Below, piece after piece: positions 39,701-49,553 of a stretch of 64,000 bases of DNA. A model generated the notes under the pieces. That model had not been told where the DNA came from. It made no database searches and saw only the letters and a list, made by a program, of their open reading frames with translations. The stretch is from an uncultured delta proteobacterium. GTDB taxonomy: Bacteria > Desulfobacterota > Desulfobacteria > Desulfobacterales > B30-G6. The stretch is taken from NCBI GenBank assembly GCA_963823335.1, contig CAWGLD010000004.1, forward strand, positions 288,001-352,000. The letters are read 5' to 3'. Within the stretch, counting starts at the first letter, position 1. Each line of letters starts with the position of its first letter. Position numbers and translations under genes: made by a program.

Positions 39701-41110
39701 TCAGAGCCAGTGGCGAATCGCATTGGCATAATAGGAGAGCAGGTTCATGTCTTCGGATGTGGCTTTGAACCGATCGTCAATCGATTTGATCATGCGCCGC
39801 AACAGCATCAAATCCATTGCATCTGCGATGGCATGCACCCGGGTACTCCGAGGCGACTCAAAAATAGGGGCGCCCTTGTCCTTCAGCCTGTCTATGAGTT
39901 GAAAACTCCGTTGCTCCACTTCGAGGAGGTCCATCTCGATGTCCATATTTTCCACAAAAACAGTCGACACCAGAGATATGGGCAGGATCGGAATGACATC
40001 CGCAACGGTCTGCATGAGTCGGCGACACAGTTTTTCGATTTCAGGAAACCGCCGGGAGCGGTCCAGCCTCTTGAAATCGACATCCTCGTCCCGGCAGTAT
40101 GCTTTGATGGACAGAGGGGTCCCAAAATTGACGCAGGCATATCCATACCGTCGCCAGCGGCTGAGAATCATCAGCAGCAGACTGCGTAGAATAAAGGTGC
40201 CCGTCGTCCAACAGACAAACCACCAGCTTCTTTTTTCAGCCCCCGGCCTCAGTGCACGTATAAGGCTCCGGTCTTCAATGGTTCTGTCATAATTGATTCC
40301 AACGGGGATAAAAATAATATCCCGATCGGTGGACAGGTCAAATTGACGCAGCATATAATCTACCAGGCCGAGCTTGGGATTCTGGAGGCTCCCGTCTCGG
40401 CTCAGGCCACCCTCCAGAAAAACAGCCTGGCAGACCCCTTCACGGGTGGCCATGTGGATATAGCGTTCCAGCACACAACGGTACAAGGGGTTCCCTGAAT
40501 TCCGGCGCACAAAAAAAGCGCCCATGGCCCGGATCAGCATTTGCAACGGCCAAATCTTGGCCCATTCACCCACGGCATAAGACAGTGTGGTTCGCTCGGC
40601 AGCCAGGAAGGCCACCAGGACATAATCCATATTGGAACGGTGATTCATGACGAATACCACCGTAGAGTTCGGATCAATGGATGCATAGTGTTGTTCTTTG
40701 ACCAGGCCGACTCTGACCCGGTACAACACCCGGGCGATTTTTTTGGCAACCCAATAACCGATTCGAAAATAGAGATACGCATTAAACGACGGGACAATCT
40801 CACGGGCGTATGTCATGGCTTTGTTCTGTACGATCTCCATGGGCATATCGTGGTCCCTGGCAAACTCCTTGACAGCCTCCAGTACACTTGGATCATAGGC
40901 AAGACGATCGATGAGAACTTGTCTCTTGGTGAGTTGAAAGGGACGGATTTCAATGTCTAGACGGGTGCCTATTTCATCGATGACACGATTGATACGGCGA
41001 CGCAGGAACCAGCGGGTACTGGGAATCAGAATCCGGTCAAGAATCGCAACGGTGGCAATCAACACCAGTAACAAAAACACCCAGAGAGATATGGTGATCT
41101 GACCGAACAT
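39701..41110 (-). CDS. Glycerol-3-phosphate/1-acyl-glycerol-phosphate acyltransferase family (PlsB-like)
   Basis: NHRSNMDY (HxxxxD), GAFFVRR, FLEGGLSRDG. Confidence 0.88.
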   Translation of the reverse strand: MFGQITISLWVFLLLVLIATVAILDRILIPSTRWFLRRRINRVIDEIGTRLDIEIRPFQLTKRQVLIDRLAYDPSVLEAVKEFARDHDMPMEIVQNKAMTYAREIVPSFNAYLYFRIGYWVAKKIARVLYRVRVGLVKEQHYASIDPNSTVVFVMNHRSNMDYVLVAFLAAERTTLSYAVGEWAKIWPLQMLIRAMGAFFVRRNSGNPLYRCVLERYIHMATREGVCQAVFLEGGLSRDGSLQNPKLGLVDYMLRQFDLSTDRDIIFIPVGINYDRTIEDRSLIRALRPGAEKRSWWFVCWTTGTFILRSLLLMILSRWRRYGYACVNFGTPLSIKAYCRDEDVDFKRLDRSRRFPEIEKLCRRLMQTVADVIPILPISLVSTVFVENMDIEMDLLEVEQRSFQLIDRLKDKGAPIFESPRSTRVHAIADAMDLMLLRRMIKSIDDRFKATSEDMNLLSYYANAIRHWL

Positions 41111-41135
41111 AGTGACCTCATACCTTAAGCTCAAA

Positions 41136-41369
41136 TCACTGATTACCGAACCCGTTCCACCCTCCACAGTCAGGACACTGCCAGGTAATGTGATTGCAAG
41201 ACATGCCCCACACATTCTCGTTCATGCATGCCTGGCAGATGGCAAAGCCACACCGACAGGTCCAATGGAACGGGGTCGTAGCATCGCAGCATACACAGGG
41301 GACATCCTTTCTTCGACGAGTCCGGGTCCTTTTAACAGGGCGACGTTTTACAGTGTCTGGAACGTTCAG
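41136..41369 (-). CDS. Small Cys-rich putative zinc-binding protein
   Basis: CVCC...CRCGFAICQAC...SC...WQCPDC; AGGAGG 7 nt upstream of an in-frame CTG. Confidence 0.7.
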   Translation of the reverse strand: MNVPDTVKRRPVKRTRTRRRKDVPCVCCDATTPFHWTCRCGFAICQACMNENVWGMSCNHITWQCPDCGGWNGFGNQ

Positions 41370-41578
41370 TCTTATTCCTCCTTGTACAAAATCTATCAGC
41401 ACAAACAATCCATTCCAGCGCGCTTGCCTTTTTCCCCATACATGCTATACAAAATAAGGGTTCAAGGGGTCGAGGATTCCAGGGTTCAAGAAAAAGCCAG
41501 GATCCGGGATTCTTGAAGACAGAAAAACAGCTGTAAGCCATAAGCTTTAAGCCGCTTATGGCTTACAGCTTAAAGCCT

Positions 41579-41715
41579 CAACTTTCGGGTTTCGTCATAG
41601 ATAGAGCGAAATGAGTGATCCAATGGCGATTTGCGCTGATGTTAGGAACCCTTGCGGCGAGTTCGCAAAGTGCCAGGGGATGATTCATTTCGTGTTCGCC
41701 TAACCCCGAAAGTTG
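41579..41715. repeat. Hairpin/MITE-like element with terminal inverted repeats
   Basis: caactttcggg...cccgaaagttg ends; internal cgaaatga/tcatttcg and tttgcg/cgcaaa stems. Confidence 0.7.
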
Positions 41716-41766
41716 TGTTAAAGCTTTTTTCTTCGAACCTTTGCATTGTATTCCAGGAGAACGAAC

Positions 41767-42345
41767 ATGTCAACCACGACCGATACCGGTATTACGCGAG
41801 ACCAGGCCATGGCGCTTCTTGAAACATACCTTCAAAATCCCAGACTCATTTCTCATTGTGTAGCAACCGAAGCCATCATGCGTTCCCTGGCCAGAAAATA
41901 TGCTGAAGATGAAACCGTCTGGAGTCTTTCCGGATTGCTCCACGATCTGGATTACCAGTTAACCGGCGAGGATTCCGCCACCCACGGCATTGAGACGGAG
42001 AAAATTCTTTCCGAAATAAATGTGTTGCCCATAATCCCGGAGACCATCAAAAAGCACAATGCAGAAGGCCTGGGTCTTGAGCGGACAACCCGGTTCGAGT
42101 TTGCCCTGACATGCGCGGAAACCATCACCGGCTTGATCGTCGCCACTGCCCTGGTCTACCCGGACAAGAAGATTGCCAGTGTCAAACCCAAGTCAATTAC
42201 CAAGCGCATGAAAATGAAACATTTTGCCCGGGCAGTGAGCCGTGAGAGAATTATGGAATGTGAAAAAATGGGTATGTCCCTTAACGATTTCGTTGTTCTC
42301 AGCCTGGAAGCCATGCAGGGCATTGCGGATGAGTTGGGGTTGTGA
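41767..42345 (+). CDS. HDIG/HD domain phosphohydrolase
   Basis: SHC, GLLHDLD, HG, HN, TGLIVATALVYP, FARAVSR. Confidence 0.9.
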   Translation: MSTTTDTGITRDQAMALLETYLQNPRLISHCVATEAIMRSLARKYAEDETVWSLSGLLHDLDYQLTGEDSATHGIETEKILSEINVLPIIPETIKKHNAEGLGLERTTRFEFALTCAETITGLIVATALVYPDKKIASVKPKSITKRMKMKHFARAVSRERIMECEKMGMSLNDFVVLSLEAMQGIADELGL

Positions 42346-42353
42346 AAAAGATC

Positions 42354-42530
42354 AGGGTCGGGGGGTTGGAGGGGGATACAAGGGTTGGAGGGTAGCTGAG
42401 GGTTTTCTGCGATGAGCGCCTAAAAGTCTACCGTCTAAACCCCTGAACAGCCATTATTATCCCGGCTTCCAAGCACTGTAAACCCAACAAACGCAACAAA
42501 CACAACGAACACAATAAACCCAAACAACTC
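42354..42530 (+). repeat. Tandem-repeat mosaic (octamer modules plus 9-mer tract)
   Basis: gggggatacaagggttggagggtagctg as at 57391; gcctaaaagtctaccgtctaaac; taaacccaa-caaacgcaa-caaacacaa-cgaacacaa-taaacccaa. Confidence 0.8.
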
Positions 42531-42552
42531 ATACGCCACCATAGGAAAACGT

Positions 42553-45261
42553 ATGTCCTCTAAGTCACAAAATAAATTCCCTTTTGAACCAGATAAAACC
42601 ATCTTTCTCATTGACGGCAGTGGCTATATTTATCGTGCCTTTCACGCCATCCGCGGTCTCACGAATTCAAAAGGTCTTCCCACCAATGCTGTTTTCGGTT
42701 TTACCCGGATGCTCATGAAACTTCTGGATGACAAAATATCAGACAGAATGGTCATGTTCTTCGACAGCAAAGGACCGACGTTCAGACACGATATGTATGA
42801 GGCCTACAAGGCCAATCGCCCACCCATGCCGGAAGAACTGTCTGTTCAGATCCCCTATATTCACCAGGTCACCCAGGCATTCAATATCCCGGCCTTCGGG
42901 ATGCCGGGCTACGAAGCAGATGACCTGATCGGCACCACTACCAAAAAGGCTGAGGAAGAAGGTTATTTCATCGTGATTGTGACCGGCGACAAGGATTTGA
43001 AACAGCTCATCTCCCATCGTGCCATTGTCTGGGACCCCATGAAAGATACCCTCGTGACCTTGAAGGATATTCAGGCAACCGGCATAACGCCGCCTCAATT
43101 GATCGACGTTATGGGCTTGTCGGGCGATACCTCCGATAATGTTCCAGGGGTACCGGGCATTGGGCCCAAGACAGCACTGTCCCTGATCCAGACCTTCGGG
43201 AACATGGAACAACTTTACGAGCAGGTGCATTCCATCACCAAAAAAAAACAGCATGACAACTTGATCCAATACAAGGACCAGGCGTTGTTGAGCAGGGACC
43301 TGGTCAGGCTGAACACCCAGGCCCCGATCCAATTTCGTGTAGCAGATCTCACGGTCGGCGAACCGGACACTCCGGCACTGGCGAATATTTTCAAGGAACT
43401 TGAATTCACGCAACTGCAGCGACAATTCCCCAAACAGACCGATCTCAGCAAAAAGCGATACCATACCATCCAGGATATCGATTCCCTGGCAACGCTGGTC
43501 TCTCGACTCAAAACAGCCCGCCTCGTGGCCGTGGACACAGAGACGACATCGACAAATCCCATGCTGGCGCAAATGGTCGGTCTCTCTTTTTCAATCCAGC
43601 AGGACGAAGCCTTCTATATTCCCTGTGCCCATCAATATCTGGGTGTGCCTAGCCAGATCCCCCTTGCCAAAGCCCTGGAAATACTGAAGCCTGTTCTCCA
43701 AGATCCGGCGATTCATAAGATTGGCCAGAACATTAAATATGACTGGATTGTCTTCGAAAGACACGGGATCCAGCTAAACGGTATCACCTTTGACACCATG
43801 CTCGCATCCTATCTCATCAACCCCTCCAAACGTGCTCACAATCTGGATCAGATTGCGCTTGACTTTCTCGACCACAAAACCATCACTTACGAAGAGCTTA
43901 CCGGGAAAAAAGGAAAGAAGGCCGCCACTTTCGACACGGTACCCATCGACAAGGCCGCGCCCTATGCCTGTGAAGATGCCGATGTCACACTTATGGCTAG
44001 CCATGTTCTGAATGAGAAAATGGAAGAGCTCGGGCTTTCAAAGCTTTTCCAGGAGGTTGAAATTCCCCTGGTGTCTGTTTTGAAAGATATGGAAATGACG
44101 GGGATCACCGTAGACAAAGATAAGCTCCATGAGCTTTCGAGCTCTTTTGAACACCAACTCAAAGCCATTGAAAAGTCCATCTACGATATCGCCGGGGAAT
44201 CCTTCAATATCAACTCTACGCAACAGCTGGGTATAATTCTGTTCGAAAAGCTCGGTCTTCCCGTCCAGAAAAAAACCCGTAAAAAAACCGGATACTCGAC
44301 GGATGTCGAAGTTCTCACAACCCTTGCCAATCACCACGAACTGCCAAAGCAGGTATTACGACACCGCACTCTGTCCAAACTTAAATCCACATATGCCGAC
44401 GCGCTGATGGGACTCATCCACCCGGAGACAGGCCGTATTCACACATCCTTCAACCAGACTGTCACCGCAACCGGTCGACTCAGCAGTTCCGATCCAAACC
44501 TTCAAAATATTCCCATCAAAACCGAAGAGGGCAAAGAAATTCGGAAGGCATTTATCCCGAAATCCGGTTGGAAAATGCTGTCGGCAGACTATTCCCAGAT
44601 CGAACTTCGTATCCTGGCGCACTATTCCAAAGACAAAATTCTGAGAAATGCCTTCGAGGAAGAAGAGGACATTCACACCCGCACAGCTTCGGAAGTTTTC
44701 CAGGTTTTTCCATCTTTTATCACGGAAGATTTGCGCAGGCAGGCCAAGATCATAAACTTTGGTATCATATACGGTATGAGCCCCTTCGGGCTGGCCAAAG
44801 CGCTCAATATCAGCCAGAAGATGGCCAAAGCCTATATCGAAAATTATTTTGGAAGATACAAAGGCGTCAAGACATTTATCGATCAGAGTATCGAGAACAC
44901 CAGAAAATCCGGTCAGACCACCACGCTCCTGGGCAGGATTCGTCTGCTTCCTGAAATCAACAGCAAGAACGTGAACGAACGACGATTTGCGGAACGAACC
45001 GCCATTAACACACCCATCCAGGGCACAGCCGCCGACCTGATCAAAGTCGCCATGATTCATGTGGATAGGGAGCTGAAATCCCAAAACATGAAAACCGCCA
45101 TGCTTCTTTCGGTTCACGACGAGATTGTCTTCGAGGTCCCGCCTGAAGAGGTCGATACCGCATCTGCCCTGATAAAAGAGAAAATGGAATCGGTATGGGA
45201 TCTGAACGTCCCGTTGAAGGTGAATATCGAGGTGGGCAACAACTGGGCCTCCGCCCATTAA
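42553..45261 (+). CDS. polA: DNA polymerase I
   Basis: LIDGS, YEADD, GIGPKTA, DTETT, TGRLSSSDPNLQNIP, ADYSQIELR, K.INFGIIYG, VHDE. Confidence 0.99.
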   Translation: MSSKSQNKFPFEPDKTIFLIDGSGYIYRAFHAIRGLTNSKGLPTNAVFGFTRMLMKLLDDKISDRMVMFFDSKGPTFRHDMYEAYKANRPPMPEELSVQIPYIHQVTQAFNIPAFGMPGYEADDLIGTTTKKAEEEGYFIVIVTGDKDLKQLISHRAIVWDPMKDTLVTLKDIQATGITPPQLIDVMGLSGDTSDNVPGVPGIGPKTALSLIQTFGNMEQLYEQVHSITKKKQHDNLIQYKDQALLSRDLVRLNTQAPIQFRVADLTVGEPDTPALANIFKELEFTQLQRQFPKQTDLSKKRYHTIQDIDSLATLVSRLKTARLVAVDTETTSTNPMLAQMVGLSFSIQQDEAFYIPCAHQYLGVPSQIPLAKALEILKPVLQDPAIHKIGQNIKYDWIVFERHGIQLNGITFDTMLASYLINPSKRAHNLDQIALDFLDHKTITYEELTGKKGKKAATFDTVPIDKAAPYACEDADVTLMASHVLNEKMEELGLSKLFQEVEIPLVSVLKDMEMTGITVDKDKLHELSSSFEHQLKAIEKSIYDIAGESFNINSTQQLGIILFEKLGLPVQKKTRKKTGYSTDVEVLTTLANHHELPKQVLRHRTLSKLKSTYADALMGLIHPETGRIHTSFNQTVTATGRLSSSDPNLQNIPIKTEEGKEIRKAFIPKSGWKMLSADYSQIELRILAHYSKDKILRNAFEEEEDIHTRTASEVFQVFPSFITEDLRRQAKIINFGIIYGMSPFGLAKALNISQKMAKAYIENYFGRYKGVKTFIDQSIENTRKSGQTTTLLGRIRLLPEINSKNVNERRFAERTAINTPIQGTAADLIKVAMIHVDRELKSQNMKTAMLLSVHDEIVFEVPPEEVDTASALIKEKMESVWDLNVPLKVNIEVGNNWASAH

Positions 45262-45404
45262 AAGTGGTTTCAAAAGCTCCCCTCGAATCCAATCTCGGCG
45301 TTGGAACGATGCGTTTAATCCTCGAAATACCACATGTATTCCTCCGGTTAAACGCCTCGCTCCGCCTTGATCTTGAACCCGATTGAAACTTTTGAAACCA
45401 CTTT
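45261..45404 (-). repeat. About 144-bp structured hairpin element, copy 1
   Basis: aaagtggtttcaaaag...cttttgaaaccacttt terminal IR; homologous to 45714-45856 in opposite orientation. Confidence 0.85.
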
Positions 45405-45422
45405 TATGGGGGTATATCCTAC

Positions 45423-45560
45423 TGTCTCATTTCCGCGAAGGCGGGGCACAATGTGAAGCTTTAGCGCTATCCAGAAGAACACTGGATGCCCCCGGCTAAC
45501 CACTTGCCGGGGCAGGCTTATCAAGCTTGTCCCCGACCTGATCGGGGATCCGGCATGACG
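45423..45560. repeat. Cluster of nested REP-like palindromes
   Basis: catttccgcgaaggcggg...atccaga...ctggatgcc...tccggcatgac interrupted by ccccggc/gccgggg and tccccga/tcgggga hairpins; related ttcccgcggaggcgggaatccaga at 46084-46107. Confidence 0.7.
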
Positions 45561-45713
45561 GAGTCGGCTATTTTGTTGCCAGGTTAATATAAAATGTCCG
45601 GGTCAAGCTGGCTCATGCAAATCTGATGGCGCATAAATTACGTAATTTATAAAATGCCTGAGATTACTTTTTGCAATGAGCAATATTTTGATAAGTTGTT
45701 TGCAATAGGTATA

Positions 45714-45856
45714 AAAGTGGTCGTAAAATCTTCAGTCGGATTCAAGTTCAAGGCGGACGGGAGCGTTCAACCACAGGAATACCCGGGTATTTCGAGGATT
45801 GAACACTTTCGTCCAACGCAGAAATTGGATTCGAGGGGAGATTGTACGACCACTTT
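45714..45856 (+). repeat. About 144-bp structured hairpin element, copy 2
   Basis: aaagtggtcgta...tacgaccacttt terminal IR; internal caaggcg/caacgc, gaggatt and ggattcgaggggag shared with copy 1. Confidence 0.85.
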
Positions 45857-46018
45857 TTAGTCGTCTTCGGAGAGTAACCCCAAGGCCGTCTCCTTAATGG
45901 TCAGGTGTACACTCTTGAACGTCTCGTTGAAACCAGCAGGGGAAACCCTTCCAGCTTCAATAAATTTGACGACGATCTCTTTTGTCGCTTTTAAAATCTG
46001 CTCATCCATGCTGGCCAT
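45857..46018 (-). CDS. Small 53-aa hypothetical protein (not in ORF track)
   Basis: MASMDEQILKATKEIVVKFIEAGRVSPAGFNETFKSVHLTIKETALGLLSEDD; AAGGTG RBS; KEIVVKFIE.GR.SP motif recalled from deltaproteobacterial small proteins. Confidence 0.8.
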   Translation of the reverse strand: MASMDEQILKATKEIVVKFIEAGRVSPAGFNETFKSVHLTIKETALGLLSEDD

Positions 46019-46182
46019 ACATATCACCTTTTGTTAGCAATCAAAATTGTCGCTTCTCAATAACCCCTGGTAATAGCCCTGAATTCCCGCGGAGGCGGGA
46101 ATCCAGAATGTTCATCTAATATATTATTACCCGAACCAATTAGAAATTGATCAAAACCTACATAACCGACGTAAAATATTTT

Positions 46183-46230
46183 TAAACTGAAGCGTACCCT
46201 GCGGCATGCCGCAGGGTACGCTTCAGTTTA
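46183..46230. repeat. Perfect 48-bp palindrome
   Basis: taaactgaagcgtaccctgcggcatgccgcagggtacgcttcagttta equals its own reverse complement. Confidence 0.95.
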
Positions 46231-46313
46231 GTTTGACAAATCCACAGTTCTCTATTAGGACAGAAATCGTTTGAAACCTGCAAAAACACTTTTTCTGAAA
46301 TGGAAGGTATACC

Positions 46314-46718
46314 ATGAGCCCTCAGTCCGATCAATATACAACCCATTACACCATCGAGCATCCGGACATCATCAGCAAGAACATGATCGATCCCATCGAT
46401 TACCAATATCGAGACAAGCGAGACGTGGATATCACTATCCGGCAACCGGAATTCACATCCGTATGCCCCATGACCGGTCTGCCCGATTTCGGCCGTATCA
46501 CCATTCAGTATGTCCCGGACAGCAAAATAGTCGAGTTGAAATCTCTCAAATATTATCTGCTGCAGTATCGAAACGTCGGAATATTTTACGAGCACGTCGT
46601 CAATCGAATTCTGGACGACCTGGTGACCATGCTGAAACCCAAATCCATGAAAGTGACCGGGGATTTTACATCCCGCGGCGGCATCGACACCACGGTTTGC
46701 GCGGCTTACAATACATAA
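46314..46718 (+). CDS. queF: PreQ1 synthase (7-cyano-7-deazaguanine reductase, unimodular)
   Basis: PEFTSVCPMTGLPDF, ELKSLKYY, FYE, F..RGGI. Confidence 0.95.
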   Translation: MSPQSDQYTTHYTIEHPDIISKNMIDPIDYQYRDKRDVDITIRQPEFTSVCPMTGLPDFGRITIQYVPDSKIVELKSLKYYLLQYRNVGIFYEHVVNRILDDLVTMLKPKSMKVTGDFTSRGGIDTTVCAAYNT

Positions 46719-46919
46719 TTTGCACTTTTCAAAATGGAGCAAGGGGTAAATTTCCCTTTGTGCTGAATAAGACAATGTGCTGTCATTTGCTGCGCGACAT
46801 TAATTGTCATTTACTTCGTGTCATTCATTGTTGCTAAACGATCATAGTAGCTTGTCTCGATTCCAAGGCCCCTCCAAACCTCCAACCATAAAACCCTGCA
46901 TAGAACGCACCTGTGCGTT

Positions 46920-48302
46920 CTATGCCCTGCACGCCAGCAGCGGATACTTTACAAACGCTACAGTGGCATCCTTTCCGTGCCGTTCCCGGGCCATGTCAAT
47001 CGCCACCTCAACTGTCTGGGCGGGCTCGAAACCCACGTGACTCACCAGGGAAGGATTCTCGGCCCCCGCCACGATGACATGCCCGGCATGCCGCAGCCGC
47101 TTCAAGGGGTGGGTCACCATGATACCGTGCATGGGGTGAAACCCGTAGCAATATCGGTACTTGTAGATATATTCCGGCCGGTGGGCAAAGTCTTCTTCGA
47201 ACAGATCCACAATCTTGTAGGGATCCCGGTAATACGGTAGAATTTTTTCCCAGATTTCCCTGTGCGTGGGGTGGTGCTCATGATGCCAGACATCCGGAAC
47301 CGGGCTGGCCAGGATAACGGTGCAGCCGGGTTTTCCCATGGCCTCGATAACACCCCCGAAATAGCCAAGACCTGTGGATATCATCGTGAGCATGGGGTTC
47401 ATGACCGAAAAGGCTGCATATGGGCTCCAGTTCGGTATGCCGTATAAAACAATATCGGCCTTTTCCTTCAAAATATCCCGCCGGGGCTTGAGTTCCGTCC
47501 TCATCAGTTCCAGTGCGGCCTGACGGCATTCAGAAATACCCCCAGCCCACACCTTATGCACCTGGAGAGGATTTGCCAGGACCGTTTCGATCTTGAATAT
47601 GCGATCTTTACCGATGCTTTCTTCCACCAGTTCTCCCATCTCATCCAGAATTTCGTGCATCCTGTTTTTATTCATGGACATGGACATGCTGTCGGGTGTG
47701 TGATGCCACCGAATACACCTATACGATGCCAGACCCACGCAGATTGACTTCCAGCCCCCGTTGAATCCCCGCCATACCACGGTGTTGATATACACGGTGA
47801 GATCGGAATCGGTTACCAGCTTGTTGAGCTCCACCTCATACCCGTTTCGAGTGCTACCGAGATATGACAGGTTGCTTTGATCCTCTGCATCATGGCAGAT
47901 CAGCCGGTAACCAAACTCTTTTACCAGGTCTTCGCCGATAATTCCGGCCAGTTCGCGTCTCGTAAATTTTCTATGAATACCGCCGGCACTCACAAGCGTT
48001 ATGTTGGAACGTTTGACACCCCCTTTTTCCAGTTCCCCAATGACCAGTTTTATAGCGGGTTCCCATACCGGTGCAAAACACGGTACCGTGGGATCATCAA
48101 ACGCGATGGTTACCCTTGAACTCGGTGCCACGAGTTCATGCAGCGGCGGTCTGCCCAGCGGGTTCTGAAGCGCTTTTTGGATACTGCCCTTGATATCATC
48201 TGTTGCCGTCAAAGTGGTCGAAAGACCCGGAGGAGCGGTTATTACATTGTCCGGAAGGGTTACGGGGATGGATTTAGCGCCAAAAACGATCTGTTCCTGC
48301 AT
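46920..48302 (-). CDS. Lactate racemase domain (LarA/DUF2088-like) protein
   Basis: ALQNPLG.PPL, IAFDD.T, GIHRK, HDAED, GFNGGWK. Confidence 0.8.
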   Translation of the reverse strand: MQEQIVFGAKSIPVTLPDNVITAPPGLSTTLTATDDIKGSIQKALQNPLGRPPLHELVAPSSRVTIAFDDPTVPCFAPVWEPAIKLVIGELEKGGVKRSNITLVSAGGIHRKFTRRELAGIIGEDLVKEFGYRLICHDAEDQSNLSYLGSTRNGYEVELNKLVTDSDLTVYINTVVWRGFNGGWKSICVGLASYRCIRWHHTPDSMSMSMNKNRMHEILDEMGELVEESIGKDRIFKIETVLANPLQVHKVWAGGISECRQAALELMRTELKPRRDILKEKADIVLYGIPNWSPYAAFSVMNPMLTMISTGLGYFGGVIEAMGKPGCTVILASPVPDVWHHEHHPTHREIWEKILPYYRDPYKIVDLFEEDFAHRPEYIYKYRYCYGFHPMHGIMVTHPLKRLRHAGHVIVAGAENPSLVSHVGFEPAQTVEVAIDMARERHGKDATVAFVKYPLLACRA

Positions 48303-48318
48303 GGGGAACCTCCTTTAT

Positions 48319-48515
48319 TTCAAGGGATCGAGGGTAGCTGACAGCTACGAGCAGAGAGCAACTTACCAGCTTTCAAGCGTCCGCAGCGTCCCAACATACA
48401 GGGATCCGAGGGGGACAAGGGTTCAGCTTTTAGATAAAAGCTCTATGCTGTCTGCAGCCTCCCAGCATCATAGCTTCCTGGCTTCCCAGCCTTCCTCCCG
48501 GTTTCCCAGCCTCAA
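48319..48515. repeat. Tandem-repeat mosaic
   Basis: ttcaagggatcgagggt-agctgac-agctacg-agcagag; agggatccgaggggacaagggttc; cagcctcc-cagcatca-tagcttcc-tggcttcc-cagccttc. Confidence 0.75.
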
Positions 48516-48557
48516 ACCATTATCAGAATCCAAGAGGAATGAAAATGGTGAATACAA

Positions 48558-49553
48558 TCATTGTGGCTGAACCCTGTAAATTCTGATGGGCTTGTCCACG
48601 CCTTTGACCGGCACATGTTCAAGCGGTCGTACAACGATCTTGTCCGACAGGCGGGCCAGGGTGTCTTCCGAAATCAGGACCTCGCCTTCCCGGGCCAGGC
48701 CCTGCAGTCGGGCAGCGATGTTGACCGCCATGCCAATGGAGGTGAACTCCTTTTTTCGTACAGATCCCAGAACACCCGAAAAGACCTTGCCTGTGGAAAT
48801 ACCGATTCCCAGACGCAGTCGAAAACCATTCTTTTGACTCAGGCCCTCATTGATTTCACGCGCCTTTGCCTGCATCGCCACGGCAGACCTGACCGCCATG
48901 GCCGGGTCATCCTCGCCCGTATCCGGTATGCCGTAAACCACCATCATGCTGTCGCCGATATGTTTGTCCACAGTCCCGTGAAAACTGTGGGCAATCTCAC
49001 CCATGGGAGTAAAAAAATGATCATTCAGGTAATGAGCCAGCATTTCAGGCGGGATATCCCGGGACATCCGCGTGAAACCGCGGATATCGGAAAAGAGTAT
49101 CGAGACCTCGTGATACCTCGGTTTCAATATGCCGGCCGAATTGTTCATCTCCTGGAACACCGACTCGGGCACAAACTGCCGGAGATATTTTCGGACCGAT
49201 ATGTCGTGGATCTTGGCCCTGAGTTCCATGTTGTCGAAAGGCTTTGTCAAAAACCCGTCGATGCCCTGATTGGTTGCCTCGATGGCTGTCTCCACCGACG
49301 CATACCCCGTCAGGATGATCCGGGTGATTTCCGGATTCAGTTTGTATACAGCCATCAGGGTCTGCAGCCCATCGATGCCCGGCATTCGGAAATCCGATAT
49401 GACCGTGCTGATTCGGGACACATGTCTTTTCAGCATGTCGATGCCGCTGTTTCCGTCACCGGCAGTGAACACTTCGTAAAACTCCTTGTCCAGGGCTCTG
49501 ACAATGGATCGACGGATCCCCTCTTCGTCATCGATAAACAGTAGTCCGGTCAT
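48558..49553 (-). CDS. Response regulator receiver plus adenylate/guanylate cyclase
   Basis: FIDDE, SDFRMPG, LTG, KPF; FSDIRGFT, DKHIGD, AVNIAARL. Confidence 0.95.
   Translation of the reverse strand: MTGLLFIDDEEGIRRSIVRALDKEFYEVFTAGDGNSGIDMLKRHVSRISTVISDFRMPGIDGLQTLMAVYKLNPEITRIILTGYASVETAIEATNQGIDGFLTKPFDNMELRAKIHDISVRKYLRQFVPESVFQEMNNSAGILKPRYHEVSILFSDIRGFTRMSRDIPPEMLAHYLNDHFFTPMGEIAHSFHGTVDKHIGDSMMVVYGIPDTGEDDPAMAVRSAVAMQAKAREINEGLSQKNGFRLRLGIGISTGKVFSGVLGSVRKKEFTSIGMAVNIAARLQGLAREGEVLISEDTLARLSDKIVVRPLEHVPVKGVDKPIRIYRVQPQ

Noticed and set aside
46231-46313. preQ1 riboswitch upstream of queF
   Set aside because: No recognisable preQ1 stem-loop with A-rich tail
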